Shown here: one piece after another, positions 1 through 9,990 of the stretch
How positions within the stretch are numbered: the first letter of the stretch is position 1
Layout: the number at the start of each line of letters is the position of its first letter
Source: an uncultured Acidimicrobiales bacterium
GTDB taxonomy: Bacteria; Actinomycetota; Acidimicrobiia; Acidimicrobiales; UBA10347
NCBI GenBank assembly: GCA_943788915.1
Contig: CALSSD010000010.1
Span: 744,001 to 808,000, forward strand
DNA: 64,000 bases
Reading direction: 5' to 3'
Translations under genes and position numbers: made by a program
Notes under the pieces: generated by a model
Databases searched by the model: none
Told to the model about the DNA's origin: nothing
Seen by the model: the letters and a program-made list of their open reading frames with translations, nothing else

Positions 1-33
1 AGTCCGACGCTCTGCCAATTGAGCTAGAGGTGC
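1..33 (-). tRNA. 5' half of a tRNA cut by the window edge; anticodon not visible, resembles tRNA-Lys
   Basis: Minus strand reads GCACCTC-TA-GCTC-AATTGGCA-GAGC-G-TCGGA-CT: acceptor strand, D arm and 5' anticodon stem. Identity is a guess. Confidence 0.75.
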
Positions 34-134
34 ATGTTCTTTGAAAGAAGATTGCTCTTACAAACAGCTCCCCAAGGCTATCGGGGAGAAGTCTGCCCGC
101 ACCTCAACCGAGGTCGAGATTGCGGGAATAGAGA

Positions 135-213
135 TGGGGTGACTGAGGGGATTTGAACCCCCGACATCCTGGACCACAACCAGGTGCTCTAACCGAACTG
201 AGCTACAATCACC
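135..213 (-). tRNA. tRNA-His(GTG)
   Basis: G-1 plus GTGATTG/CAGTCAC acceptor stem, CCTGG-TT-GTG-GT-CCAGG anticodon arm, TTCAAAT T loop, encoded CCA. Confidence 0.97.
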
Positions 214-302
214 AAGGCCGGTAATCTTAGATGACATTGCCCAGGAATCCACGCATAATTTGCTCCGGTGTGACGTGTGGCGGCTCTACCATGGAGCATT
301 CA

Positions 303-380
303 GCCCCCGTAGCTCAGTCCGGATAGAGCAACGGCCTTCTAATCCGTAGGTCACAGGTTCGAATCCTGTCGGGGGCGCCA
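303..380 (+). tRNA. tRNA-Arg(TCT)
   Basis: GCCCCCG/CGGGGGC acceptor stem, CT-TCT-AA anticodon loop, TTCGAAT T loop, encoded CCA; C-U mismatch at the base of the anticodon stem. Confidence 0.95.
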
Positions 381-452
381 CAACAGAATACGACCGTTAG
401 AAGGCTGTAACGACTCCCAACAAGTCCTGAAGCAGCTGCGGGTTTGTGCGGT

Positions 453-1334
453 TCAGAACTCTTGAATGCTCAAGATCTCGCAGCTGAAGGTTGACTCGTT
501 CACCCAATCCGGAAATTCGGTGAGCGTGTCAGCAGCACCTGACCAAAGTTGGCCTGCCCCGACGCTGTCGGTGAACGTCACGTCGTCTGCAAACCGGACG
601 CCGTCCGGGCCTCGCAATGCGTAGTCGATGGCAAGTTCGGCGGTGTCGTCGAGCGGTGATACCACGTCGATTTGGACTTGGATATCGCCGAACGAGTCGA
701 CTTCGGCGAAGGTGCAACTGTCGCCAGGTTGTGGTTCAAAAGCGTTGAACCCAAACAACAAGGGCTCGATCTCGAGAATGCGGCATGTGATGCCGCTGGC
801 ACCGTCGCTACCGGTTGGCGCATCGGTGACCGTGTCCACTGTGACGCGCACTGCTTCGCCCGACTGGAGTTCCTCGATGAAATGTGTCGAGGATGCGAGT
901 ACGGCCCCACCTCGGGCGATGACCTCGTAGTCCACGGTTGCATCGCTCTGTTCCGGGAGAGGACTAATGAACGCGATTTCGATCTGCATATCGCCGAAGG
1001 AGTCGACACCTGCGTAGGAGCAGGCCCGACCATCGGCGACGTTTGAAGTGCCGGTTCCATCGCTGTCATCAGATGCGACCGGGGTAGGGGTGGGAGTCGT
1101 TGTGGTCGCGCTGTTCCCATCGCTGGCGGCTGCGTCGGTGGTGGCAACTGCCGTGGTTGATTCCACAGTCGGAGTGGGCTCTGTTGGACCCGCAGCGTTG
1201 CGTTGAGCAGTGGCGGTCGCATTCGCAATAGTGGCGTCATTGATAGTGACCGTTTCGGTTGCTGAGCAGGCTGATGCGGCCACGACAACACAGAGCAGTA
1301 GCGCAAGAGCACGAACGAAGCGGAGAAATCTCAT
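453..1334 (-). CDS. Hypothetical lipoprotein with Thr/Ala-rich linker and two repeated Cys-flanked domains
   Basis: Start placed at MRFLRFVRALALLLCVVVAASAC (lipobox-like); two copies of C-x4-DSFGD(M/I)Q. Confidence 0.75.
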   Translation of the reverse strand: MRFLRFVRALALLLCVVVAASACSATETVTINDATIANATATAQRNAAGPTEPTPTVESTTAVATTDAAASDGNSATTTTPTPTPVASDDSDGTGTSNVADGRACSYAGVDSFGDMQIEIAFISPLPEQSDATVDYEVIARGGAVLASSTHFIEELQSGEAVRVTVDTVTDAPTGSDGASGITCRILEIEPLLFGFNAFEPQPGDSCTFAEVDSFGDIQVQIDVVSPLDDTAELAIDYALRGPDGVRFADDVTFTDSVGAGQLWSGAADTLTEFPDWVNESTFSCEILSIQEF

Positions 1335-1395
1335 GAGTGAAGTGTCGCATACCTGCCGGGCCATCACTGTTGCCAGAGATTGGTAGCGTTGCCGG

Positions 1396-2562
1396 ATGAA
1401 GTATCGAGTTTTGCCTCCTGTGATGCTTGGGTTGGCTCTCGTGGCTATCGCATGCGGGGGCGGCAGCGGCGAGTCGACCGACACCACGTCACGGGTGCCG
1501 GCCAATGCTCAGAACGAGCCCGTTGTCGAGGCAGCGGACCCGACCCCTAAGGCTGAAACAACTGAAGCCCCGGCACCAACAGCTGAGCCTGAACCAGACC
1601 CAACTACGGAACCCGAGGCTGCGCCAACTATTGCACCAGCTGAGGTGCCCTCGTCGGAATCGACGAACACCTCGGGTTCGTTGAGCAGCGGGTGTGGTGC
1701 AGGCGCAGTACCCGGAACTACCACCGTCATGTTTAATTTCGAAGGACAAGAACGGGTGTACGAGCAAGTCGTGCCTGCCGGCTATGACGACTCGACACGT
1801 TTGCCCGTTGTCTTGAACTGGCACGGTTTGGGTTCCAGTGGTGTTGAACAGCTCGCTTTCTCCGACTACACCGCCCTGGCCGACGCCGAGGGATTCATTG
1901 TGATCGTTCCAACCGGACTGGAAGACGCCACCGGCCTCAACTCGTGGGAACTCACACCTGAGCAGTTTGCGGACCGCGACGATCTGGCTTTCGCTAACAC
2001 ACTGCTCGACCAGGTGATTGGAACGCTCTGTGTCGACGACAGTCGGGTGTACACCACTGGAATGTCCAACGGCGGCTACTTCAGCTCGGTGCTGGTATGT
2101 GAGATGTCTGATCGAATCGCGGCAGCAGCTTCGGTCGCTGCCTTGAGTCATGCCGATAGTTGTGACCCGTCCCGGGTGGTTCCCTACATAGGTTTTCATG
2201 GCACCAACGATGAGGTTGTGCCCTATGGCGGCGGCGAATCATCGATGGCACCGGGTCAATCCGTGCCACTGTTTGAACTCAAGATCTTGGATGAGTTCGC
2301 TGAGTTTGCCGCTGCAGCAGGGTGTGACGTCGAGCCAAGGGTCGCTCAGCTATCACCAGAGGTGACGTCGTTCGACTTCCGGAATTGTGCCGACGATGTG
2401 CAGATGACCTTCTATGAGATCGAAGGCGGTGGCCACAGTTGGCCGGGTTCTGCGGTGTCGTTGGCAGTGTCTGAGGCGATTGGTCTGGGTGCGACGACCG
2501 ACGAGATCAGCGCGTCGGAAACATCGTGGGCTTTTTTTCAGCAGTATTCGCTAGACAACTGA
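1396..2562 (+). CDS. Alpha/beta-hydrolase lipoprotein, PHB depolymerase/LpqC-like esterase
   Basis: Lipobox VAIAC, Pro/Glu linker, WHG oxyanion motif, GMSNGG nucleophile, HGTND, GGGHSWPG. Confidence 0.9.
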   Translation: MKYRVLPPVMLGLALVAIACGGGSGESTDTTSRVPANAQNEPVVEAADPTPKAETTEAPAPTAEPEPDPTTEPEAAPTIAPAEVPSSESTNTSGSLSSGCGAGAVPGTTTVMFNFEGQERVYEQVVPAGYDDSTRLPVVLNWHGLGSSGVEQLAFSDYTALADAEGFIVIVPTGLEDATGLNSWELTPEQFADRDDLAFANTLLDQVIGTLCVDDSRVYTTGMSNGGYFSSVLVCEMSDRIAAAASVAALSHADSCDPSRVVPYIGFHGTNDEVVPYGGGESSMAPGQSVPLFELKILDEFAEFAAAAGCDVEPRVAQLSPEVTSFDFRNCADDVQMTFYEIEGGGHSWPGSAVSLAVSEAIGLGATTDEISASETSWAFFQQYSLDN

Positions 2563-2624
2563 CAGCGCTGCATACCCAACGGGTGGCTGTTGGAATCCGA
2601 AGCGGCACCGTGATTTGGTGGGCA

Positions 2625-3335
2625 TCAGCTCTCGTTGGTCGAAGAAGCGTTGTCGATCATGGCCTGGCTGGCAGCGAGCAGATGGTCCGTCAGCGCAGCC
2701 TCGGCGCCGGCGACATCGTGGTCAGAAATCGCATTTACAAGGGCGTCGTGGTCGCCGGCTGCGTGCTGCACGTCCAGCAGCAAGTCCATAAGTTCGGCCA
2801 TGAGTAACAGCGTCTGGTCGGCCAGACGTTCCCAGGCTTCGGTCAGGCGTTCGTGACCGGCCGTACGCACGATCAGGCGGTGAATGGCGATGTCGGCTTC
2901 GGCTCCGGCGCGGCGATCGCTGGTGCGTTGGGCCTCGGTCAGGCGTTCGACAGCGGCTCGCATCGCAGCGATGTCGTGATCGGTCGCGATCGTTGCTGTG
3001 GTGCTGATCGCGAGTTTCTCGAGCGCAAGTCGAAGCGTGTAGATCTCATGGATGTCGGTTGCGGTGAGGGTGGCAACAAAGGTGCCTCGGCGGGGGACCG
3101 AGATAACAAGCCCAGATTGTTCGAGTTCTTTGAAGGCGTCTCGAACCGGCCCCCGGCTGGTGCCGAATCGTTCAGACAAGTCGGTTTCGACGAGCCGTTC
3201 ACCTGGGGCGACGGCGCCGGTCATGATGAGTTCGCGGATCGCTGCGGTGACTGCGTGGCCGAGGTCGACCGGCATAACGATCAGGGCACTCTCGTCGGGT
3301 TCTGTCTGGGTGGGAGAGTGGTCGGCGAGTGCCAT
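2625..3335 (-). CDS. GntR family regulator with FCD domain, divergent from the glc operon
   Basis: PGERLVETDLSERFGTSRGPVRDA winged HTH and FCD-like C-terminus. Confidence 0.92.
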   Translation of the reverse strand: MALADHSPTQTEPDESALIVMPVDLGHAVTAAIRELIMTGAVAPGERLVETDLSERFGTSRGPVRDAFKELEQSGLVISVPRRGTFVATLTATDIHEIYTLRLALEKLAISTTATIATDHDIAAMRAAVERLTEAQRTSDRRAGAEADIAIHRLIVRTAGHERLTEAWERLADQTLLLMAELMDLLLDVQHAAGDHDALVNAISDHDVAGAEAALTDHLLAASQAMIDNASSTNES

Positions 3336-3358
3336 GCGAAGAACAGTACTCTTTTCCG

Positions 3359-3387
3359 GTTGACGGTCAACTGTTAACAGTTAACCT
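3359..3387. promoter_or_regulatory. Candidate GntR operator overlapping the glcB promoter
   Basis: GTTGAC-g-GTCAAC-t-GTTAAC-a-GTTAAC; perfect palindrome AACTGTTAACAGTT at 3369-3382; TTGACG-N16-TAACCT ends 6 nt before the ATG. Confidence 0.65.
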
Positions 3388-3393
3388 CGTGCC

Positions 3394-5586
3394 ATGGCAG
3401 CAGCATCTACCTCTGATTCGCAACCGCGCACCGATCGCCCACGTACTGAGCGACAGGGTTTGGCCGTCGGCCAGGAGCTCGACGACTTTGTGATGAACGA
3501 GGCGTTGCCAGGTTCCGGCGTGGATCCCGACGCATTCTGGGCTGGCTTCGCCGGACTGATTGCCGACTTCGCTCCCCGCAATCGTGAACTGCTCGAGAAG
3601 CGCGACGAGATCCAGGCCGCCATCGACGCATGGCACAAGGAGCGCGTCGGGCAACCACACGACGCAGCTGCCTACCGGGCATTTCTTGAAGAGCTTGGTT
3701 ACCTGCAACCCGAGGGTCCAGAGTTCTCTATCGACCCGGCGAACGTCGACCCTGAAATGGCAACTATCGCTGGACCCCAGCTGGTTGTGCCCATCATGAA
3801 CGCTCGGTATGCCATCAATGCGGCCAACGCTCGGTGGGGATCGTTGTACGACGCGCTCTACGGCACCGACGCACTCGGCGACCTGCCGCCTGGCGGGCCT
3901 TACAACGCTGAACGAGGCGACCGGGTCATTGCCTGGGGGCGCAACTTCCTCGACACCGCAGTGCCACTGGCCGAAGGTTCACACGCCGATGTTGACTCCT
4001 ACACCGTCGAGGCCGGTCAGATGGTTCCGGCGCTCGCCGACCCATCGCAGCTTGTTGGTTGGCAGGGTGACCCAAGCGGCCCAGCAACGATTCTGCTGGT
4101 CAACAACGGCCTTCACCTGGAAATCCAGATTGACCCCGACGACAGCGTCGGTGCCACCGACGCCGCAGGTGTCAAAGACATCGTGCTCGAAGCAGCCGTC
4201 ACCGCGATCATGGACTGCGAAGACTCGGTCGCAGCCGTTGATTCTGAAGACAAGGCCCTGGCCTATCACAACTGGCTCGGACTGAACCGGGGTGATCTGA
4301 GCGAAGAGGTCACTAAGGGTGACTCAAGTTTCACCCGTCGTATGAACAACGATCGGCTCTACGCCTCTCCCGAGGGTGGCAGTTTCATGCTTGCTGGGCG
4401 GGCCACCATGCTGGTGCGCAACGTTGGCCATCTGATGACCACACCTGCTGTGCTCGATGTCGATGGCAACGAGATTCCCGAGGGTCTGCTCGATGCAATG
4501 CTGACCGTGTTGTGCGCCAAACACGATCTCGACAAGACCGATGGCGACAAGAACTCCCGAAGCGGTTCGGTCTACGTGGTGAAGCCGAAGATGCACGGAC
4601 CCGACGAAGCCTCCTTCGCCGACCAGGTCTTCACCCGAGTCGAAGAGGTCCTGGGCCTCGCTCCGAACACTGTCAAGCTCGGCCTGATGGACGAAGAACG
4701 TCGCACCACCGTGAACCTCAAGGAATGCATCCGGGCGATCAAGAGCCGAGTGGTATTCATCAACACCGGCTTCCTCGACCGCACCGGCGACGAAATCCAC
4801 ACATCGATGGAAGCTGGCCCGTTCGTTCGCAAGAGCGACATGAAGGCTCAGAACTGGATCGGTGCCTACGAAGACTGGAACGTCGACGTCGGCCTGGCCT
4901 GCGGTCTGCACGCCAAGGCCCAGATTGGCAAGGGCATGTGGGCGACCCCTGACCGTATGGCCGACATGCTCGAACAGAAGATCGGCCACCCGCAGGCTGG
5001 TGCCAACTGCGCATGGGTGCCGTCACCAACTGCGGCCACGTTGCACGCCACCCACTATCACCAGGTCGATGTGCTCGCTCGACAGCAGGAACTCCTCGCC
5101 GGTGGACGCCGTGCCGGACTCGACGACATCTTGCACATTCCCGTGGCCACCGACACCAACTGGAGTGCCGAAGAGAAGCAGGCCGAACTCGACAACAACG
5201 CGCAGGGCATCCTGGGTTACGTCGTCCGCTGGGTCGATCACGGCGTTGGGTGTTCCAAGGTCCCCGACATCAACGACATCGGTCTCATGGAAGACCGCGC
5301 AACCTGCCGGATCTCATCGCAGCACATGGCCAACTGGCTGCGCCACGGCGTGGTTTCGTCCGACGAAGTCATGGAAACCATGAAGCGCATGGCAGCCGTG
5401 GTCGACCGTCAGAACGCCGACGACCCTGACTACGACAACATGGCACCGGCATTCGACGGCCCCGCTTTCAAGGGCGCCTGTGACCTGGTGCTCTCCGGAA
5501 CCGAGCAGCCGTCGGGCTACACCGAGCCGATCCTGCATGCTCGTCGCCAAGAGCGCAAAGCACTCACCGCAGGCGAGCAGGGCTGA
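3394..5586 (+). CDS. glcB: Malate synthase G
   Basis: [66 protein letters not shown]. Confidence 0.98.
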   Translation: MAAASTSDSQPRTDRPRTERQGLAVGQELDDFVMNEALPGSGVDPDAFWAGFAGLIADFAPRNRELLEKRDEIQAAIDAWHKERVGQPHDAAAYRAFLEELGYLQPEGPEFSIDPANVDPEMATIAGPQLVVPIMNARYAINAANARWGSLYDALYGTDALGDLPPGGPYNAERGDRVIAWGRNFLDTAVPLAEGSHADVDSYTVEAGQMVPALADPSQLVGWQGDPSGPATILLVNNGLHLEIQIDPDDSVGATDAAGVKDIVLEAAVTAIMDCEDSVAAVDSEDKALAYHNWLGLNRGDLSEEVTKGDSSFTRRMNNDRLYASPEGGSFMLAGRATMLVRNVGHLMTTPAVLDVDGNEIPEGLLDAMLTVLCAKHDLDKTDGDKNSRSGSVYVVKPKMHGPDEASFADQVFTRVEEVLGLAPNTVKLGLMDEERRTTVNLKECIRAIKSRVVFINTGFLDRTGDEIHTSMEAGPFVRKSDMKAQNWIGAYEDWNVDVGLACGLHAKAQIGKGMWATPDRMADMLEQKIGHPQAGANCAWVPSPTAATLHATHYHQVDVLARQQELLAGGRRAGLDDILHIPVATDTNWSAEEKQAELDNNAQGILGYVVRWVDHGVGCSKVPDINDIGLMEDRATCRISSQHMANWLRHGVVSSDEVMETMKRMAAVVDRQNADDPDYDNMAPAFDGPAFKGACDLVLSGTEQPSGYTEPILHARRQERKALTAGEQG

Positions 5587-5590
5587 CGCT

Positions 5591-7088
5591 ATGGCCGGCC
5601 TGCTCAGCTCCGTTCGTAAACGTTTGAACCTGGAGCCAGGCGCGAACAGCGCCGACGGCGATCCAGTTGTTGCCGAGCTCCGGGCCGCGCTGTCTGCCGG
5701 ACCGCGTGCGTTACGACGGCGCCGAACGGGCGTTGCTCAGCCGCGATGCGTCGGTCTTCGATGGTGGTGTGTCGGGTCCGGTTTGTTTCCCGATCACTAC
5801 CGCCGAGGTCCAAGCGATCATGAAGATCGCCCTGGCCCACGAACGCAACATCGTGCCCCGGGGCGCTGGTACCGGACTCGCTGGCGGCGCTATCCCGCTG
5901 GGTGCGCCCATCGTTGTTGTCGTCACCAAGATGAACAAGATCATCGAGGTCGACGAAGACAACCGCATCGCCTGGGTCGAGCCCGGCGTGGTCAATCTAG
6001 ATCTCACGAGGTACCTGCATCGGTCCGGCTTTCACTTCGCTCCTGATCCGTCGAGTCAGCAGGTCTGCACCATCGGCGGCAATGTCGCCAACAATTCTGG
6101 CGGACCCCACTGCTTGGCCTACGGGGTTACGAACGCCCACGTGCAAGCGCTCGAAGTCGTGTTGCCGTCGGGGGAAATCGCCATGCTTGGTGGACTCGAT
6201 GCCGAACCAGCAGGGCTTGATCTGCGGGGTGCATTTGTGGGCAGCGAAGGCACCCTCGGCATCACCACCAAGATCGCGGTGACCATTACGCCAGACGCTC
6301 CTGCGGTGAAGACATTGCTGCTGTCGTTCGAGACGGTACGCGATGCAGCAAACACGGTGAGCCAGATCATCGCAGCTGGCATGGTGCCCGCGGCACTCGA
6401 GGTCATGGACCAACGCATCACCGTTGCCGTCGAGAACTATGTGAACGCCGGTTATCCCCGCGACGCCGGTGCGGTATTGCTGGCCGAAGTGGATGGGCTC
6501 GCAGAGTCGATCGAGATCGACGCCGAACGGATCGCCCAGATCGGCAACGACAACAACGCGATCGAAGTCCGCACCGCCGCCGATGAAACCGAACGGGCAG
6601 CCTTGTGGAAAGGCCGCAAGACTGCGTTCGGTGCGGTCGCCCAGATCGCACCTGACTACTACCTACACGACACTGTTGTGCCACGGTCCCAGTTGGCCGA
6701 CGTGCTCGAGAAGATCTACGCGATCGCCGATAAGTACGACCTGCTGGTCATGAACGTCTTCCATGCCGGCGACGGCAACCTGCACCCACTGCTGGTATTC
6801 GATGGCCGAGACGAGGGCATCCTCGACCGTGTCCACGCTGCGGGATCCGAGATCGTGCGAGTGTCGCTCGACGCTGGCGGTGTGCTCTCTGGCGAACACG
6901 GCATCGGTGTTGAGAAGCAGGCGTACATGGATGAGATGTTCACCTCCGATGACCTGGATCATCAGAACCGGTTGCGTCAAGCCTTCGATCCTGGCTGTCG
7001 CACCAACCCGGGCAAGGTGATCCCTATCGGTCACAGCTGCGCCGACATCCAGGCACTGCGTAAGGTCCCGACAGGCGTATGGGCATGA
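5591..7088 (+). CDS. glcD: Glycolate oxidase FAD-linked subunit GlcD; apparent extra base near 5699
   Basis: PRGAGTGLAGG, FAPDPSSQ, HAGDGNLH, SGEHGIG. ATG 5591 frame (…ELRAALSA) joins DRVRYDG if one G is removed. Confidence 0.88.
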
Positions 7089-8014
7089 CCGCAAAACTGC
7101 AGGTGACCGACAAGGTGCTGCTCGATTTCGCTTCCGAAGTCGGCCACACCGGTCCAGTAGCCATCGAAGGCAACCGCACCCGCTGGGATCTTGGCGGTCC
7201 TGGTGACGCTGACACCCGATTACTCAAGGCCCCAACCGGCATTGTCGATTATGTGCCCGACGAAATGACGGTCACGGTGCGCTGTGGCACCACCGTCGAA
7301 GAACTTCATGCAGCGCTTGCCGAGAAAGGCCAGCGCACCGGTCTTCCTGAACGAGGCGGGACTGTGGGCGGCGCACTTGCTGTCGGCGAGAACAGCGTGC
7401 ACATGCTCGGCCGTGGCCGACTGCGAGAAGCGGCGTTGCAGGTCCGGTACGTGTCCGACGATGGCCAGGTCATTACCGGTGGCGGCCCGACCGTAAAGAA
7501 CGTGACCGGCTTCGACTTGCCTCGGATCATGGTTGGATCGCTCGGCACGCTCGGCCTGCTGTGCGAAGCCATTTTGCGAACCAACCCGATTCCAGCATGT
7601 ACCCGGTGGTTGCAGTCCGAGTCCATCGACCCGTTTGCGGTGAGCAGCATCGTGCTGCGGCCAAGCGCCATTCTCTGGGACGGCACCACAACCTGGATCG
7701 AACTCGAAGACCATCCGGTTGCTGTCGACGCCGAACAAGCCCGGCTGGCAGCGGTTGCCGACGTCCACGAGGTCGCTGGCCCACCGGACCTGCCAGCACA
7801 CCGTTGGTCACTCGCACCAGCAGCGTTACGAGACACGGCACAATTCGGCGATGGTCCATGGATTGCGTCGGTCGGCGTTGGCACCGTGTGGGCGGCACAG
7901 GCCCAGCAGGTCGTCACACCCGACCGCACGGCACAAGCCCTTGCCCAGCGGGTCAAGGAACAATTCGATCCCCACGGCCGACTTAACCCCGGACGAACCC
8001 CAGGAGTGCGCTGA
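7085..8014 (+). CDS. glcE: Glycolate oxidase FAD-binding subunit GlcE
   Basis: GGPTVKNVTGFDLPRIMVGSLGTLG, FDPHGRLNPGR; ATGA overlap with glcD. Confidence 0.9.
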   Translation: MTAKLQVTDKVLLDFASEVGHTGPVAIEGNRTRWDLGGPGDADTRLLKAPTGIVDYVPDEMTVTVRCGTTVEELHAALAEKGQRTGLPERGGTVGGALAVGENSVHMLGRGRLREAALQVRYVSDDGQVITGGGPTVKNVTGFDLPRIMVGSLGTLGLLCEAILRTNPIPACTRWLQSESIDPFAVSSIVLRPSAILWDGTTTWIELEDHPVAVDAEQARLAAVADVHEVAGPPDLPAHRWSLAPAALRDTAQFGDGPWIASVGVGTVWAAQAQQVVTPDRTAQALAQRVKEQFDPHGRLNPGRTPGVR

Positions 8015-9156
8015 TGGATCTCAAACTCGATGCCGATGAGCTGAACACCTGTGTGCAGTGCGGTTTGTGCCTGCCACATTGCCCGACCTTTCGTGTGACC
8101 GGCGACGAGACCATGTCGCCTCGTGGCCGCATCGCGCTCATGCGTCATGTGCAAGACAACGATGCGCCGGTTACCGATGAAGTCGTCGATGCGTTCGCTA
8201 CCTGTGTGCAGTGCCGGGGCTGCGAGCCAGCGTGCCCGAGTGCCGTGCCGTACGGCCATTTGATCGAGCAAACCCGCGAGACCCTGGTCGATATGGGCAA
8301 ACTCACGCCGAAGTGGCAGCAGGCTGCGCTTAAACCGTTGGCATCGCCGAAGTTGCTTCGTGCTGGCTCAGCCGCACTCGCGGTGATCAACAAGACAGGG
8401 CTGTTGCCTGAGCGTTTGGGTTTGCCCGACAAACTGCCGATCCGCCAAGAACCTCTTGTGGCATCGGGCGACGATGTGTGGATGTTCACCGGCTGCGTCA
8501 TGGACGCTTGGCAACGAGATGTCCACCAGGCCACCCAGCGAGTAATCGAGGCGGCTGGCTTTGGCGTGCGGCCAACCAGCGATGCAGCACCCTGTTGTGG
8601 TGCTCTGCAATCACATGCTGGCATGGGCGACGAGGCCCGCAAGCTTGCCCGCAAGACGATCGCCGCGCTAGGCGATAAACCAATACTGGTTAACTCAGCT
8701 GGCTGTGGTGCTGCGATGAAAGAGTACGGGCACCTGCTCGGGACCGAAGAAGCCCGAGCCTTCTCGGGACGTGTCTACGACGTCAGCGAGTTCCTGGCAG
8801 ACCATGTCGACAAGCTGCCGACGGTTGAACCACTCGACCTTCGTGTTGCAGTTCAGGATCCTTGTCATCTGCGTCATGTCCAGCGTGTCCACGAGGCAAC
8901 CCGTGTCATGCTTCGGCCTTTCGTGCGAGAGCTGGTTGAGCTCGAAGACGACGGCATGTGTTGCGGGGCAGGCGGTGCCTACTCAGTGCTGCAACCGGAG
9001 CTGGCCGGCCAGATTCGTGATCGCAAGGTCGAAGAGATCAATCGTCACACTCCCGACGCGGTCGCCAGCGCCAACCCCGGCTGCTCCATGCATCTGGCCG
9101 CCGCCGGTGTCCCCACGATTCATCCCATGACCCTCATCGACCAAGCCATCTCCTAG
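8014..9156 (+). CDS. glcF: Glycolate oxidase iron-sulfur subunit GlcF
   Basis: Two CxxCxxCxxxCP motifs and two CCG domains. Confidence 0.92.
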   Translation: MDLKLDADELNTCVQCGLCLPHCPTFRVTGDETMSPRGRIALMRHVQDNDAPVTDEVVDAFATCVQCRGCEPACPSAVPYGHLIEQTRETLVDMGKLTPKWQQAALKPLASPKLLRAGSAALAVINKTGLLPERLGLPDKLPIRQEPLVASGDDVWMFTGCVMDAWQRDVHQATQRVIEAAGFGVRPTSDAAPCCGALQSHAGMGDEARKLARKTIAALGDKPILVNSAGCGAAMKEYGHLLGTEEARAFSGRVYDVSEFLADHVDKLPTVEPLDLRVAVQDPCHLRHVQRVHEATRVMLRPFVRELVELEDDGMCCGAGGAYSVLQPELAGQIRDRKVEEINRHTPDAVASANPGCSMHLAAAGVPTIHPMTLIDQAIS

Positions 9157-9175
9157 CCCACCTCGACCTCGCCAC

Positions 9176-9225
9176 GTCACGCGGGGTCAGACCCGCCGTC
9201 ACGTGGGGTCAGACCCGCCGTGACG
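9176..9225. repeat. 22-bp tandem repeat (two copies plus a partial) with GGGGTCAGACCC core, REP-like
   Basis: CGTCACGCGGGGTCAGACCCGC / CGTCACGTGGGGTCAGACCCGC / CGTGACG directly after the glcF stop. Confidence 0.75.
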
Positions 9226-9267
9226 TAGGGCGAGCCTTGGGGTCCTGGTGCCGGAAACTCGTGCGTG

Positions 9268-9405
9268 AAAAGAGAAAGAACCCCTAGCCGTGGGGGGAAT
9301 GGCCAGGGGTTCTTTAAGAAGAGAAGGCCTGCCCAGTGGTGGGGGATGGGCTGGCGCACTCTGTAGGTGAGCGGTTCCGAACGTTGTGTCGACCGCTGAG
9401 TGCTC
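9268..9405 (-). ncRNA. Candidate small RNA with two C-rich-loop hairpins (6C-like) ending in a U-rich tail
   Basis: Minus strand: GCCAGCCCA-tcccccaccac-TGGGCAGGC, then AAAGAACCCCTGGCC-attcccccca-CGGCTAGGGGTTCTTT-ctctttt; a third stem GCACTC...GAGTGC lies 5' of these. Confidence 0.6.
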
Positions 9406-9459
9406 AATCGGCGCTCACAACACAGACTTTAGGATTTGGGAATAACTACTTACCCAAAT

Positions 9460-9990
9460 TCAGCTAGTGGGGGTCTGGGGCCCGCTGATCGACGCAATAA
9501 GTTGGTCCACAGCTTGGTCAGCCAACGCATGCATTTCGTCGTCGGTGCGGTCCTGAATCGGGTGTTCGACGAACAAGCGAGACGGATTGAAGCCAAGTGC
9601 CTTTGACTGTGCTTCGGCAGCAGTCATGAACGGATTGCTGGCTACGAACACGCCTGGGAGTCCACGGCGTTCGAGGTCGGTGATGTCATGCACACTGCAT
9701 GACGTGCAGCTACCTCAATCAGCTAACGCTTCGATGACCGCATCACACTGCGATGCGATTTCGTGGCGAAGGTCAACCGGTGCTGGTTTAGCGAAGGTTG
9801 GTTTCTTATAACGTTTGACGGTTGAGCCGAGAGCGGTAAGCCGTTCTTCCACGCGGTTGAGGAAGATGTCACCCCGCGGTTTGGAGATGTCAAGCAGGCC
9901 AACAGTCAGTCCAGCGAGCGACTCGGGCCGCATGGCAGGGTCGATCTGGGTCGGCGTGGCCTCGTTGGTTGGGTCAAGGACGGTGGTCAT
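9460..9990 (-). CDS. UGSC-family selenoprotein (176 aa); in-frame UGA at 9715-9717 read as Sec
   Basis: ORFs 9715..9990 and 9460..9693 share a frame and read ALAD-U-GSCTSCSVHD through one TGA; hairpin 11 nt downstream. Confidence 0.88.
9685..9703 (-). promoter_or_regulatory. Candidate bacterial SECIS hairpin
   Basis: mRNA GUCAUGCA-GUG-UGCAUGAC, a perfect 8-bp stem starting 11 nt after the UGA. Confidence 0.7.

Noticed and set aside
331..347. Anticodon-stem mismatch in tRNA-Arg(TCT) as a sign of a pseudo-tRNA
   Set aside because: The rest of the cloverleaf and CCA are intact; a single terminal mismatch is tolerated.
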